Source of the DNA: an uncultured Rhodospirillaceae bacterium | GTDB lineage: Bacteria; Pseudomonadota; Alphaproteobacteria; Rhodospirillales; UBA2165 | DNA: 38,467 nucleotides | Direction: 5' to 3' | Assembly: GCA_964493945.1 (NCBI GenBank) | Contig: CAZBQG010000001.1 | Coordinates: forward strand, 24,815-63,281 | Shown here: one piece after another, positions 17,282 to 26,161 of the stretch | How positions within the stretch are numbered: position 1 is the first letter of the stretch | Layout: each line of letters opens with the position of its first letter | The notes under the pieces: model-generated | Seen by the model: only the letters and a program-made list of their open reading frames with translations | Database searches by the model: none | What the model was told of the DNA's origin: nothing | Program-made: the position numbers and the translations under genes

Positions 17282-17590
17282 ATGAGCGATGCCGTCAGCC
17301 GGGCCATAGCCGTGCTTAACGACGCGCTGAGCCGCGATGCTGAGGCCATAACCCAACTGGTCAATCTGCGCATTCCCTGCAATTCGGAACTGGCCGCTCA
17401 TCCCTTGGTTCAGGTGGCCGATTATCAGGGCGAGGCGCGGGTGGGTGTGCTGGGCCTGATCAACGGCGCCCTGGGCGATTCCCCATCAGGCGTGATCGGC
17501 GCCAAGGGGAGCATGGACAATGCCGGGCAGTTCCTGCGGGTCCGGCGCTTTGTCGATCTGCGTTCGGAAAAGGTCGATGTGATCGCCTGA
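17282..17590 (+). CDS. Hypothetical protein (102 aa)
   Basis: AGGAG SD and GC3-biased codons. It is divergent from tetR with an 82-bp gap. No family recognised. Confidence 0.6.
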   Translation: MSDAVSRAIAVLNDALSRDAEAITQLVNLRIPCNSELAAHPLVQVADYQGEARVGVLGLINGALGDSPSGVIGAKGSMDNAGQFLRVRRFVDLRSEKVDVIA

Positions 17591-17680
17591 CGGCATTTCT
17601 TGTTTTGTTTTGGGAAACCCTTGATATTAAATAGATTGTTGGGCATGCTCGGCGGCTTTCCGGATCGGACTAACGTGACC

Positions 17681-19288
17681 ATGAGCGCAAGACGTATATA
17701 TATTTTCGACAGCACCCTGCGCGACGGCGCCCAGACTCAGGGAATCGATTTCAGCGCCGCCGACAAGATGGCCATCGCCGGCGATCTTGACGCCCTTGGC
17801 GTGGATTATGTGGAAGGCGGCTGGCCCGGCGCCAACCCCACCGATGATGCATTCTTCGCGGTCCCGCCCACGCTCAAACAGGCCAGGCTGACGGCCTTCG
17901 GCATGACCCGGCGCGCCGGACGGAGTGCTGAAAACGATCCGGGCGTTGCGACGCTTTTGGATGTGGGCACGCCCGCCGTCTGCATCGTCGGCAAGACCTG
18001 GGATTTTCAGGCCCGCGTGGCATTGGGCGTGGAAGAAGACGAAAACCGGGCGATGATCGCCGATACCATCCGCCACGCCGCCGCCAATACCGAAGAAACC
18101 CTGTTCGACGCCGAGCATTTTTTCGACGGCTACAAATCCGATGCTGATTTCGCCATGCGTTGCGCCGAAGCGGCCCTTGAGGCCGGTGCCCGCTGGATCG
18201 TGCTTTGCGACACCAATGGGGGCACCCTGCCCGAGGAATTGGGGGCCATCACCGGAAAAGTCGTGGATGCCCTTGGCGGTAAAAATATCGGCATCCATTG
18301 CCATGACGATACGGGCAACGCCGTGGCCAACAGTCTGGCCGCCGTTGCCGCCGGGGCCTGTCAGGTGCAGGGTACCCTGAATGGGCTTGGCGAGCGTTGC
18401 GGCAATGCCAATCTGATCAGCGTCATTCCTAATCTGGTGCTCAAGATGGGATTGGATGCGGGCATCCCGGCCGACGGGCTTTCAAGGCTAACTCATATCT
18501 CACGGCTGTTGGACGAACGGCTCAACCGGGCACCCGACCGAAGCGCGCCTTTCGTCGGCGAATCGGCCTTTGCCCATAAGGGCGGGCTGCATGTATCGGG
18601 CATCGAAAAGGACCCTCGCTGCTACGAACATATCGAGCCCGAAACCGTCGGCAATCACCGCCATATCGTGGTTTCCGACCAGTCGGGCCGGGCCAATGTG
18701 CTGGCCCGCTTCCGCGAAATTGGCATCGAGATCGACTCTGGTGATAAGCGGGTGGGCGCGCTTGTCGAACTGGTCAAGCAACGGGAATTCGACGGCTATT
18801 CCTATGACGGGGCCGATGCCAGCTTCGAGCTGCTGGCCCATATGGCAATGGAGGTCTTGCCCAAATATTTCTCGCTCCGCAGTTTCCGGGTTATCGATGA
18901 GCGGCGCTGGAACGCCAAGGAAGAATTGATCACGCTGTCGGAAGCAACCATCAAGGCCCAGGTGGGCGAGGCCCATTACATGACCGTCGCCGAGGGCAAT
19001 GGCCCGGTCAATGCGCTGGATTCGGCCCTTCGCGAGGTTTTACTGCCGGTCTATCCCGAACTCGAGGATTTGCGTCTGGTGGATTACAAAGTGCGCATCC
19101 TGCGCCCCGGCGACGCGACGGCAGCCATGACCCGGGTGATGATCGAAAGCGCCGATGGAGAAGGCGAGCGCTGGAACACGGTCGGTGTTTCCACCAACAT
19201 CATCGATGCCTCCTACGCCGCCTTGCGCGATTCCATCCACTATAAGCTCTTCCGCGACAGCGCCGATCCTTCCGGCAATCTGTCCTAG
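17681..19288 (+). CDS. cimA: (R)-citramalate synthase (LeuA-related, CimA type)
   Basis: Collinear with CimA, including IFDSTLRDGAQTQGIDFS, YVEGGWPGANPTD, HCHDDTGNAVANSLAAV, FAHKGGLHVSG and the C-terminal regulatory domain AEGNGPVNALD. Start chosen at the ATG at 17681 (MSARRIYIFD). In-frame ATGs at 17600 and 17645 cannot be excluded. Confidence 0.9.
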   Translation: MSARRIYIFDSTLRDGAQTQGIDFSAADKMAIAGDLDALGVDYVEGGWPGANPTDDAFFAVPPTLKQARLTAFGMTRRAGRSAENDPGVATLLDVGTPAVCIVGKTWDFQARVALGVEEDENRAMIADTIRHAAANTEETLFDAEHFFDGYKSDADFAMRCAEAALEAGARWIVLCDTNGGTLPEELGAITGKVVDALGGKNIGIHCHDDTGNAVANSLAAVAAGACQVQGTLNGLGERCGNANLISVIPNLVLKMGLDAGIPADGLSRLTHISRLLDERLNRAPDRSAPFVGESAFAHKGGLHVSGIEKDPRCYEHIEPETVGNHRHIVVSDQSGRANVLARFREIGIEIDSGDKRVGALVELVKQREFDGYSYDGADASFELLAHMAMEVLPKYFSLRSFRVIDERRWNAKEELITLSEATIKAQVGEAHYMTVAEGNGPVNALDSALREVLLPVYPELEDLRLVDYKVRILRPGDATAAMTRVMIESADGEGERWNTVGVSTNIIDASYAALRDSIHYKLFRDSADPSGNLS

Positions 19289-20061
19289 TGTCTGGAACCG
19301 ACGGAAGAATTTCGCCCTTCGAAGGGTTGAATCCCACCGCCCCGGCGGTCATTCTGGTCTATCCCCAATTGGGGGAGAATATCGGCATGGCGGCCCGCGC
19401 CATGCTCAATTGCGGGCTGAGCGATCTGCGCCTGGTTCAGCCCCGCGACGGCTGGCCCAGCGAAAAGGCGAGACGCGCATCGGCCGGCGCCGATCAGGTT
19501 CTCGAAGACGCCGGGCTGTTCGAAACCGTCTCAGATGCGATCCATGATCTGGACCTGATCTATGCCGCCAGCACGCGTCAGCGTTCCATGACCAAACCGG
19601 TCTTCACGCCACCGGCGGCAGCGAGTGCCATGCGTGAGCGCAACCTGCCCGGCACGGGTATCATGTTTGGCAATGAAGCCATGGGGCTCAACAACGATCA
19701 TCTGGCTCTGGCCGATGCCATGGTCAGCGTGCCACTGAATGAAGAATTCTCATCGCTTAATCTGGCCCAGGCGGTGCTGATCACGGCTTATGAATGGTTC
19801 AAGGCGGCGGACGCCACACCTGAAATCCAAATGCCCATGACCCACACAAGGCCGGCCAACAAAGAAGAGCTTATGGGCCTGTTCGAGCATCTGGAACGGG
19901 ATCTGGATGCGGGTGGGTTTTTCCATATCCGTGAGAAACGCCCCATCATGGTGCGCAATCTGCGCAATTTATTACAACGCGCCAAACTGACCGAACAGGA
20001 AGTGCGCACCCTCAGGGGTGTCATCAGCGGTCTGGTCAATTACCGCCCGCCTGAGGATTAA
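19288..20061 (+). CDS. trmJ: tRNA (cytidine/uridine-2'-O)-methyltransferase, SpoU/TrmH class, TrmJ/LasT type
   Basis: 257 aa, collinear with TrmJ: [44 protein letters not shown] and the C-terminal LRNLLQRA...LRGVISGL. The GTG start overlaps the cimA stop (TAGTG). Confidence 0.8.
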   Translation: MSGTDGRISPFEGLNPTAPAVILVYPQLGENIGMAARAMLNCGLSDLRLVQPRDGWPSEKARRASAGADQVLEDAGLFETVSDAIHDLDLIYAASTRQRSMTKPVFTPPAAASAMRERNLPGTGIMFGNEAMGLNNDHLALADAMVSVPLNEEFSSLNLAQAVLITAYEWFKAADATPEIQMPMTHTRPANKEELMGLFEHLERDLDAGGFFHIREKRPIMVRNLRNLLQRAKLTEQEVRTLRGVISGLVNYRPPED

Positions 20062-20519
20062 TCGCCGCTGCCATCCGGATTCTCGATGCCGCGCCGGGCC
20101 AATTCATCGGCTCGTTCGTTTTCGGCGTGTCCCGCATGGCCCTTGACCCAGCGCCATTCAATTGTGTGCTTTTGGCTGATGGCGTCCAGTTCGCGCCACA
20201 GATCATGATTGGGCCGCATACCGCCGCCTTTAATCTTAAAATCCTTGGCCTTCCAGCCCGCCAGCCATTGGGACATTCCTTTTTGCACATATTGGCTGTC
20301 CGTATAGACGGTGACATTGCAGCTTTTTTTGAGGGCGCCCAGCCCCTTGATCACGGCGGCCATTTCCATGCGGTTGTTGGTGGTCTCCGCCTCGCCGCCA
20401 AATAGTTCCCTTTCCTGACCGCGCCAGCGCAGAATGGCCCCCCAGCCGCCGGGCCCCGGATTGCCGCTGCAAGCCCCGTCGGTGAATAAATCAACCGTGT
20501 CTTTATCCGTCTCAACCAT
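20058..20519 (-). CDS. rnhA: Ribonuclease HI
   Basis: 153 aa with [30 protein letters not shown] and [18 protein letters not shown]. Confidence 0.95.
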   Translation of the reverse strand: MVETDKDTVDLFTDGACSGNPGPGGWGAILRWRGQERELFGGEAETTNNRMEMAAVIKGLGALKKSCNVTVYTDSQYVQKGMSQWLAGWKAKDFKIKGGGMRPNHDLWRELDAISQKHTIEWRWVKGHAGHAENERADELARRGIENPDGSGD

Positions 20520-20601
20520 CGCCGGCTTCTAGCAGGAAGAGGGGCGGGCCGCACGATTTATTATTTCTCCCGGAGGGGTAAATTTAGTATCATGCCGCTT
20601 C

Positions 20602-22347
20602 ATGGACTGTTGGCATCATTACCGTCTTTTCTTTCTTTGCCTGATCCTCATCGGTCCGGTGCTGGCGGGCTCAACCCAAGCCGCCCGGCGCATCGGCGAT
20701 CTGCCTTCCCTGGGGGATATCAAACCCAAGGCTGACAACCCGCTCATCCGCCGCGCCCAGAAAGTGCTGGCCAAATTCAAACATTACCGCGGGCCCCTGG
20801 ATGACCGGATGAGCGAAAATTTGCGCCGCGCCGTGATGGAATATCAGCGCATGACAGGCCGCAAGGTGACCGGTGTGGTCAATCAGGAACTGGTCACACA
20901 TCTTGAGACCCAAACCAAAATCGGCGCCATGCTGGTGAATTTGAAAAAGGTCAAAAAGAAAAATATCGAAGCGGCGCGCCAGGCCCTGCTCAATAAATCC
21001 GAAACCCGCCATTTGCTTAAGGAACGCAAGCTGAACGAAGTCGCCGATCCGACCCGTGACCCGTCCCAATGCTTCCGGAAGCCGGGCCAACTTTGCCTTC
21101 TGCATGAGGCGGTGGAAAGCGCCAAGGCCATCCCGCGCAACGAATTGCGTGACTGGGCTTTCGGCGAAATTCTGGTGGCCCAGGCCAAATCGGGCCTGAC
21201 CGATCAGGCCATATCCACCGTGCGCAGGATAGGGGATGCGCGCCTGATCATCGTGGCGCTCCGCGACATGGCCCGCGCCCAGGCCCGCACCGGGCGCATG
21301 GACGAAGCGGAAGCGGCGGCCGATATCATCCCCGATCCCTTCAAGCGGCTGGAAGCCCTGGCCGCCATCGCCCATATCCAACTCAAGAACAAGGCCGGCG
21401 ACCGGGCCCACCAGACGGCGGCCAGGGTCATCGCGCTCAGCGCAAAACTTGGCCCGCCCTTGCAACGGGTCACGTTGCTGGCCCAGATGGGCGTGGTGCT
21501 CAACAAGCTAGGCGACGGAGCGGGCGCGAAAAAGGCGTTGGACGATGCTCAGGAACTGGCCCGTTCCAAGGAACTGGTGGCCCAATTGGGCCGTCTGAAA
21601 AAAGGTGCGGCGCTTCGCCATGTGGCCTCGGCCCTGGCCGAAATCGGCCAGCCCATGCGCGCCATTCAGGTTATTGAAGACATCACCGGCGTCTATGACC
21701 GGACGGCGGCCCTGATGAGCGCGGCCATGGCCCAGGCCGGCGCCGGCGACACGGTGGAAGCCTTGCGCACGGCCGATGAGATCGACGCCAACCGCTACCG
21801 GACGGTGGTTCTGGGGCGCATCGCCGTAGCCCAGGCCATGGCCGGCAAGCCCGCCCAGGCAACCCGGACCATTGATCTGGCACTGGAATCGACCGAAGAG
21901 ATAAAACTTCCCTATGCCCGGTCATACGCCGTAGGGCAACTGGCCCAGGCCCTCATTGAGATTGGCGACAAAAGAGGGGAAATCGGCGCCAAAAGCGGGC
22001 GCAAAGCCCTGGCCGAAGCGGTCATGGTGGCCATGGAAATCGATAATGACCGGCTCCGGGCTTATACGCTATGGACCGCGGCGGCGGCCCAGATCAGAAA
22101 AGGTTATAACGGGGACGGAAACGAAACCAAGGCCCTGGCCATCGAGGCCACCGAAGAGATCGTCAGCTCCCTCAGCCGGGTCTGGCTGTATGGCGATATC
22201 GCATCCGAAACCTCCGAGACGGGACAGAAGGAACTGGCCAGAACGGCATTCCAAAATGGCATGGCCATCGCCGAAAACATTCATAATGCCTGGGGGCGGG
22301 CGCGGGCGCTGGCCAAACTGGCCGGCACCCTGACCGACCTTAAATAG
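20602..22347 (+). CDS. Secreted peptidoglycan-binding-domain protein with C-terminal alpha-helical repeat array
   Basis: 581 aa. It has a signal peptide (LILIGPVLAGSTQA) and a PG_binding_1-like segment RRAQKVLAKFKHYRGPLDDRMSENLRRAVMEYQRMTGRKVTGVV. About ten Ala/Leu-rich units of roughly 33-40 aa follow. Confidence 0.7.
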   Translation: MDCWHHYRLFFLCLILIGPVLAGSTQAARRIGDLPSLGDIKPKADNPLIRRAQKVLAKFKHYRGPLDDRMSENLRRAVMEYQRMTGRKVTGVVNQELVTHLETQTKIGAMLVNLKKVKKKNIEAARQALLNKSETRHLLKERKLNEVADPTRDPSQCFRKPGQLCLLHEAVESAKAIPRNELRDWAFGEILVAQAKSGLTDQAISTVRRIGDARLIIVALRDMARAQARTGRMDEAEAAADIIPDPFKRLEALAAIAHIQLKNKAGDRAHQTAARVIALSAKLGPPLQRVTLLAQMGVVLNKLGDGAGAKKALDDAQELARSKELVAQLGRLKKGAALRHVASALAEIGQPMRAIQVIEDITGVYDRTAALMSAAMAQAGAGDTVEALRTADEIDANRYRTVVLGRIAVAQAMAGKPAQATRTIDLALESTEEIKLPYARSYAVGQLAQALIEIGDKRGEIGAKSGRKALAEAVMVAMEIDNDRLRAYTLWTAAAAQIRKGYNGDGNETKALAIEATEEIVSSLSRVWLYGDIASETSETGQKELARTAFQNGMAIAENIHNAWGRARALAKLAGTLTDLK

Positions 22348-22426
22348 ACACAACCGCTCTTGTCCCGGCGATCCCGCTCTACTAAAATCCGCCCGGCTTA
22401 AGATTAAACAGAGGAGGCGCCTGAAA

Positions 22427-22666
22427 ATGGCCGAAGCAGTTATCGTACAAAAGAAACCCTTTCATGTGGATGTCACGGAAGGCGAAACCTACGCCTATTG
22501 CACCTGCGGGCTTAGCGACAAACAGCCGTTATGCAACGGCGCCCATAAGAGTGGCGACTTCCATCCCATCAAATTCACCGCCAAAGCGACCGAAACCGTG
22601 CATCTTTGCGGCTGCAAAAGATCAGCCATCGAGCCAACCTGCGACGGGGCTCACAAAAATCTCTGA
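22427..22666 (+). CDS. CDGSH iron-sulfur domain protein (two CDGSH-type motifs)
   Basis: 79 aa with a GAGGAGG SD. The two motifs are CTCGLSDKQPLCNGAHK and CGCKRSAIEPTCDGAHK. Confidence 0.85.
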   Translation: MAEAVIVQKKPFHVDVTEGETYAYCTCGLSDKQPLCNGAHKSGDFHPIKFTAKATETVHLCGCKRSAIEPTCDGAHKNL

Positions 22667-22677
22667 GGCTTTTCGCC

Positions 22678-23304
22678 ATGACCCCTAAGCGGGTGCGTAC
22701 TGGCCGGCGCCCGGCCCGATTGTGCGCCCTGCTGGGCATGGCCCTGTTCTTTCTGGGCGGTTGTTCGGCCATCGACGGCATGGTCGAGGAATTGCCCCTG
22801 GTGGGCAAGTCCGCTCCCGTGCCCGCCTGCCCCAAAATAAAAGTCCTGGCCGATGCGGGTAACCTTACCCTTTACCGGTCGGGGCCGGGGCGCGACATAA
22901 CCGATATTCTGATGGAAGCTGAGATCGTCGGCTTTAGTGGTGCTTGCGAGTATGTTGGCGAGGACGGCATCTATGAACAAGTCAAGGTGGAGCTTGAGGG
23001 CATCCTTTTCGAGGTGACCCGGGGCCCCGCATCACGCCTGCGCAAGGCCAAGTTGCGTTATTTCGTCAAGATTCCGGATTTCTATCCCTCGCCCCGGGGC
23101 GCCCAGGAATTCGACTTCTCCATCTCCTTCCCTGAGAACCGCAATTCCATCCAGGTTTCCGATGGGGGGATCGAGATCGCCATACCGCTTAAAACCGGCG
23201 CCAGGGGAGCCGATTTTGAAATTTACCTGGGATTCGTGTTGAGCGAGGAACAAGTTGAGCGCAACCGGCAGCGCCGGGGGGGGCCGACGGTAGGCGGCGG
23301 ATGA
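22678..23304 (+). CDS. Hypothetical lipoprotein
   Basis: Start set at the ATG at 22678, 11 bp after the CDGSH gene. A basic N-terminus is followed by the lipobox-like LFFLGGC. 208 aa. The stop overlaps the gcvT start (ATGA). Confidence 0.65.
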   Translation: MTPKRVRTGRRPARLCALLGMALFFLGGCSAIDGMVEELPLVGKSAPVPACPKIKVLADAGNLTLYRSGPGRDITDILMEAEIVGFSGACEYVGEDGIYEQVKVELEGILFEVTRGPASRLRKAKLRYFVKIPDFYPSPRGAQEFDFSISFPENRNSIQVSDGGIEIAIPLKTGARGADFEIYLGFVLSEEQVERNRQRRGGPTVGGG

Positions 23305-24419
23305 GCAACCCACCCTCCGAAAATCTGAAAAAAACGCCCCTCAATGGGCTGCACCGAGAATTGGGTGCGAAAATGGTGCCCTTCGCCGGCTATGAAATGC
23401 CCGTGCGTTTCGAAGGCGGGATCATCGCCGAACATCTCCATACGCGCAGCCATGCCGCCTTGTTCGATGTCAGCCATATGGGCCAGGCCGAACTTAGCGG
23501 CGGCGATGAAGCCCGGGCAGCCCTGGAAGGGCTGGTGCCAGCGGATATCAAGAGCCTGGCGCCCGGCAGGATGCGCTATACCCAACTGACCAATGAGGCG
23601 GGTGGCATTCTGGATGATTTGATGGTCACCAACCGGGGCGGGGATTTATTTCTCATCGTCAACGCAGCCTGCAAGAAGGCGGATTTCGCCTATATCGAAA
23701 GCGCCATAGGCCCGGGGTGCAGCCTGGAACTCCTGCCCGAAAGGGCCCTAATGGCCTTGCAGGGGCCGGCGGCGGCGGCCGTTCTCGGGCGTCACGCAAA
23801 TGGCGTGGGAAAACTGCAATTCATGGAAATGGGAGAGTTCGATCTGGCCGGCGGGAAGGTCATGATTTCGCGCTCCGGCTATACGGGCGAGGACGGCTTC
23901 GAGATATCCGCCCCCGATGAGAGCGCTACCCGGGTAGCCGCGCTTTTATTGGCTGAGCCAGAAGCAGCCCCGGCAGGCCTGGGCGCCCGCGACAGCCTGC
24001 GTCTGGAGGCCGGATTGTGCCTCTACGGCAACGATATAGATGAAACCACCACGCCGGTGGAGGCGGGCTTAAGCTTTTCCATCGCCAAAAGGCGCCGGTC
24101 AGAGGGCGGATTCCCCGGCGATAGCGTGATTCAGGTCCAATTCGAAACGGGTACGGCCCGGCGTCTTGTAGGCATTCTTCCCGCCGGTCCCGCGCCCGCC
24201 CGGGCCGGAACCCCCATCAGTGATATGAACGGCAAGCCCATCGGCAAAATAACTTCCGGTGGCTTCGCACCATCCATTGATGGACCGGCGGCGATGGGGT
24301 ATGTGGATATTGACCATGCCGGTGCAGGCACGGAGGTGCAATTGACGCTCCGGGGCAAGATGGTGGGCGGGCGGACCCAGAAACTACCCTTCGTCACCCA
24401 CCGCTATTTCAGGGGCTAA
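23301..24419 (+). CDS. gcvT: Glycine cleavage system aminomethyltransferase (T protein)
   Basis: 372 aa with the typical GcvT N-terminus TPLNGLHRELGAKMVPFAGYEMPVRF..GIIAEHLHTR..AALFDVSHMGQ and SRSGYTGEDGFEIS. Confidence 0.95.
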   Translation: MSNPPSENLKKTPLNGLHRELGAKMVPFAGYEMPVRFEGGIIAEHLHTRSHAALFDVSHMGQAELSGGDEARAALEGLVPADIKSLAPGRMRYTQLTNEAGGILDDLMVTNRGGDLFLIVNAACKKADFAYIESAIGPGCSLELLPERALMALQGPAAAAVLGRHANGVGKLQFMEMGEFDLAGGKVMISRSGYTGEDGFEISAPDESATRVAALLLAEPEAAPAGLGARDSLRLEAGLCLYGNDIDETTTPVEAGLSFSIAKRRRSEGGFPGDSVIQVQFETGTARRLVGILPAGPAPARAGTPISDMNGKPIGKITSGGFAPSIDGPAAMGYVDIDHAGAGTEVQLTLRGKMVGGRTQKLPFVTHRYFRG

Positions 24420-24433
24420 AAGGAACTATTGAA

Positions 24434-24811
24434 ATGGCGACAGTAAAATTTACCGAAGCACATGAATGGGTTGCGGTGGACGGCGAAAAGGCCACGATAG
24501 GAATCACGGACTACGCCCAGGACCAGTTGGGCGATGTGGTTTATATCGAACTGCCGGCGGTCGGCGCCGATATCGATCAGGGCGAAGAAGCAGCCGTGGT
24601 CGAATCGGTCAAGGCGGCGGCCGAGGTCTATACGCCTGTTGGCGGCCAGATCACCGAAACCAACAAGCAATTGGCCGAGGACCCGTCCCAACTGAATACG
24701 GATGCCGAAGGCGAGGGATGGATGTTCAAGATCAAGATGGCCGACGAAACGGAAATCGAGGAGATGATGGACGCGAAAGCCTATGCCGACTATGTGGCGG
24801 AACTTGATTAA
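24434..24811 (+). CDS. gcvH: Glycine cleavage system H protein
   Basis: 125 aa with YTEAHEWV, GITDYAQDQLGDVVYIELP and the lipoyl-lysine motif ESVKAA. Confidence 0.95.
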   Translation: MATVKFTEAHEWVAVDGEKATIGITDYAQDQLGDVVYIELPAVGADIDQGEEAAVVESVKAAAEVYTPVGGQITETNKQLAEDPSQLNTDAEGEGWMFKIKMADETEIEEMMDAKAYADYVAELD

Positions 24812-24814
24812 CCC

Positions 24815-26161
24815 ATGCGCTATCTTCCGCTGAACGAGGCCGACCGTGCCGAAATGCTGGGCGTCACCGGCGCCGCCCATATAGACGATCTTTATATCGA
24901 TGTGCCCGAAGCCGCGCGCCTTGACGCCCCCCTTGATCTTCCGGGCCATTCGGGCGAGATGGAGGTGGGGCGCGCCCTCAGCGCCCTGGCGGCCAGGAAC
25001 ATGGCGGCGGGAACCGTTCCTTTTTTCATCGGTGCCGGCGCCTATCACCATCATGTGCCGGCAACTGTGGATCATCTGATCCAGCGCAGCGAATTCCTCA
25101 CCTCCTATACGCCCTATCAGCCTGAAATTTCCCAGGGTACCTTGCAGGCCCTGTTCGAATTCCAGACACAAGTTGCCTTGATCACCGGCATGGATGTGGC
25201 CAATGCCTCGCTCTATGACGGTGCGACGGCGGCTGGGGAAGCGGCCATGATGGCCTGCCGTATCACAAAAAGGCGCCGGGTCGTGCTGTCGGGCGGCCTG
25301 CACCCCCAATATGCCGAGGTGACCCGCACCGGGGCGCGCTTTTTGGACCTGGAGATAGAAACCACCCCGCCCGATCCCCGGGGCGAAGAAGATCTGGCGA
25401 GCCTGATCGACGGGGATACGGCCTGCGTCGTCGTGCAAAATCCGGGGTTTTTCGGCCAGGTCCGTGATTATTCGGACTTGGCGGATGCCTGCCATGAAGC
25501 GGGTGCGCTGTTGGTCGTGGCCATCACCGAGACCGTCTCCCTTGGCGCCGTCAAACCGCCGGGCGAGATGGGCGCCGACATCGTCGCCGCCGAGGGCCAG
25601 TCACTGGGCAATCCCTTGAATTTCGGCGGCCCCCATGTGGGGCTGTTCGCCGTCCGTGAAAAATATGTCCGCCAAATGCCCGGCAGGCTGGCCGGCGAGA
25701 CGGTGGATGTGGACGGTAAGCGGGGCTGGGTTTTGACGCTGTCGACCCGCGAGCAACATATCCGGCGGGAAAAAGCGACCAGCAATATCTGCACCAATTC
25801 GGGTCTGGTGGCCCTGGCCTTTTCGATCCATCTCAGCCTGCTGGGCGAGACCGGATTTACCCGGCTTGCCAGCCTCAACCACGCCCGCGCCGCATCCCTG
25901 GCCGGCAGGCTGGAAGAAATAAATGGGATCGAATTGCTCAATAACACATTTTTCAATGAATTCACCCTGGCCCTGCCCGTGCCCGCCGGCCCCCTGGTGG
26001 AGGAACTGGCCGGGGAGGGCCTGCTTGCCGGCCTGCCCGTCTCCCGCCTCTATCCTGCCCGGGATGATCTTGCCAACCTGCTTTTGGTGGCGGTGACCGA
26101 AACCCAAAGCGATGACGATATGGACCGGTTGGCCGAAGCCTTGGCGGTGGCCGTCCGATGA
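24815..26161 (+). CDS. gcvPA: Glycine dehydrogenase (aminomethyl-transferring) subunit 1
   Basis: 448 aa, starting [15 protein letters not shown], with [25 protein letters not shown]. This is a split P-protein organisation. Confidence 0.95.
   Translation: MRYLPLNEADRAEMLGVTGAAHIDDLYIDVPEAARLDAPLDLPGHSGEMEVGRALSALAARNMAAGTVPFFIGAGAYHHHVPATVDHLIQRSEFLTSYTPYQPEISQGTLQALFEFQTQVALITGMDVANASLYDGATAAGEAAMMACRITKRRRVVLSGGLHPQYAEVTRTGARFLDLEIETTPPDPRGEEDLASLIDGDTACVVVQNPGFFGQVRDYSDLADACHEAGALLVVAITETVSLGAVKPPGEMGADIVAAEGQSLGNPLNFGGPHVGLFAVREKYVRQMPGRLAGETVDVDGKRGWVLTLSTREQHIRREKATSNICTNSGLVALAFSIHLSLLGETGFTRLASLNHARAASLAGRLEEINGIELLNNTFFNEFTLALPVPAGPLVEELAGEGLLAGLPVSRLYPARDDLANLLLVAVTETQSDDDMDRLAEALAVAVR

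Noticed and set aside
17591-17680. Possible leader peptide or attenuator upstream of cimA
   Set aside because: The only ORF there is in frame with cimA itself, so it is an alternative start rather than a separate leader. No terminator/antiterminator hairpins are visible. The AT-rich TTGTTT...TATTAA stretch may simply be the promoter.
22348-23300. Expected glycine riboswitch upstream of gcvT
   Set aside because: I looked for the conserved aptamer cores on the plus strand and found none. gcvT overlaps the preceding CDS, so there is no leader. The absence is reported as a finding, not as a feature. An Infernal scan is needed to be sure.
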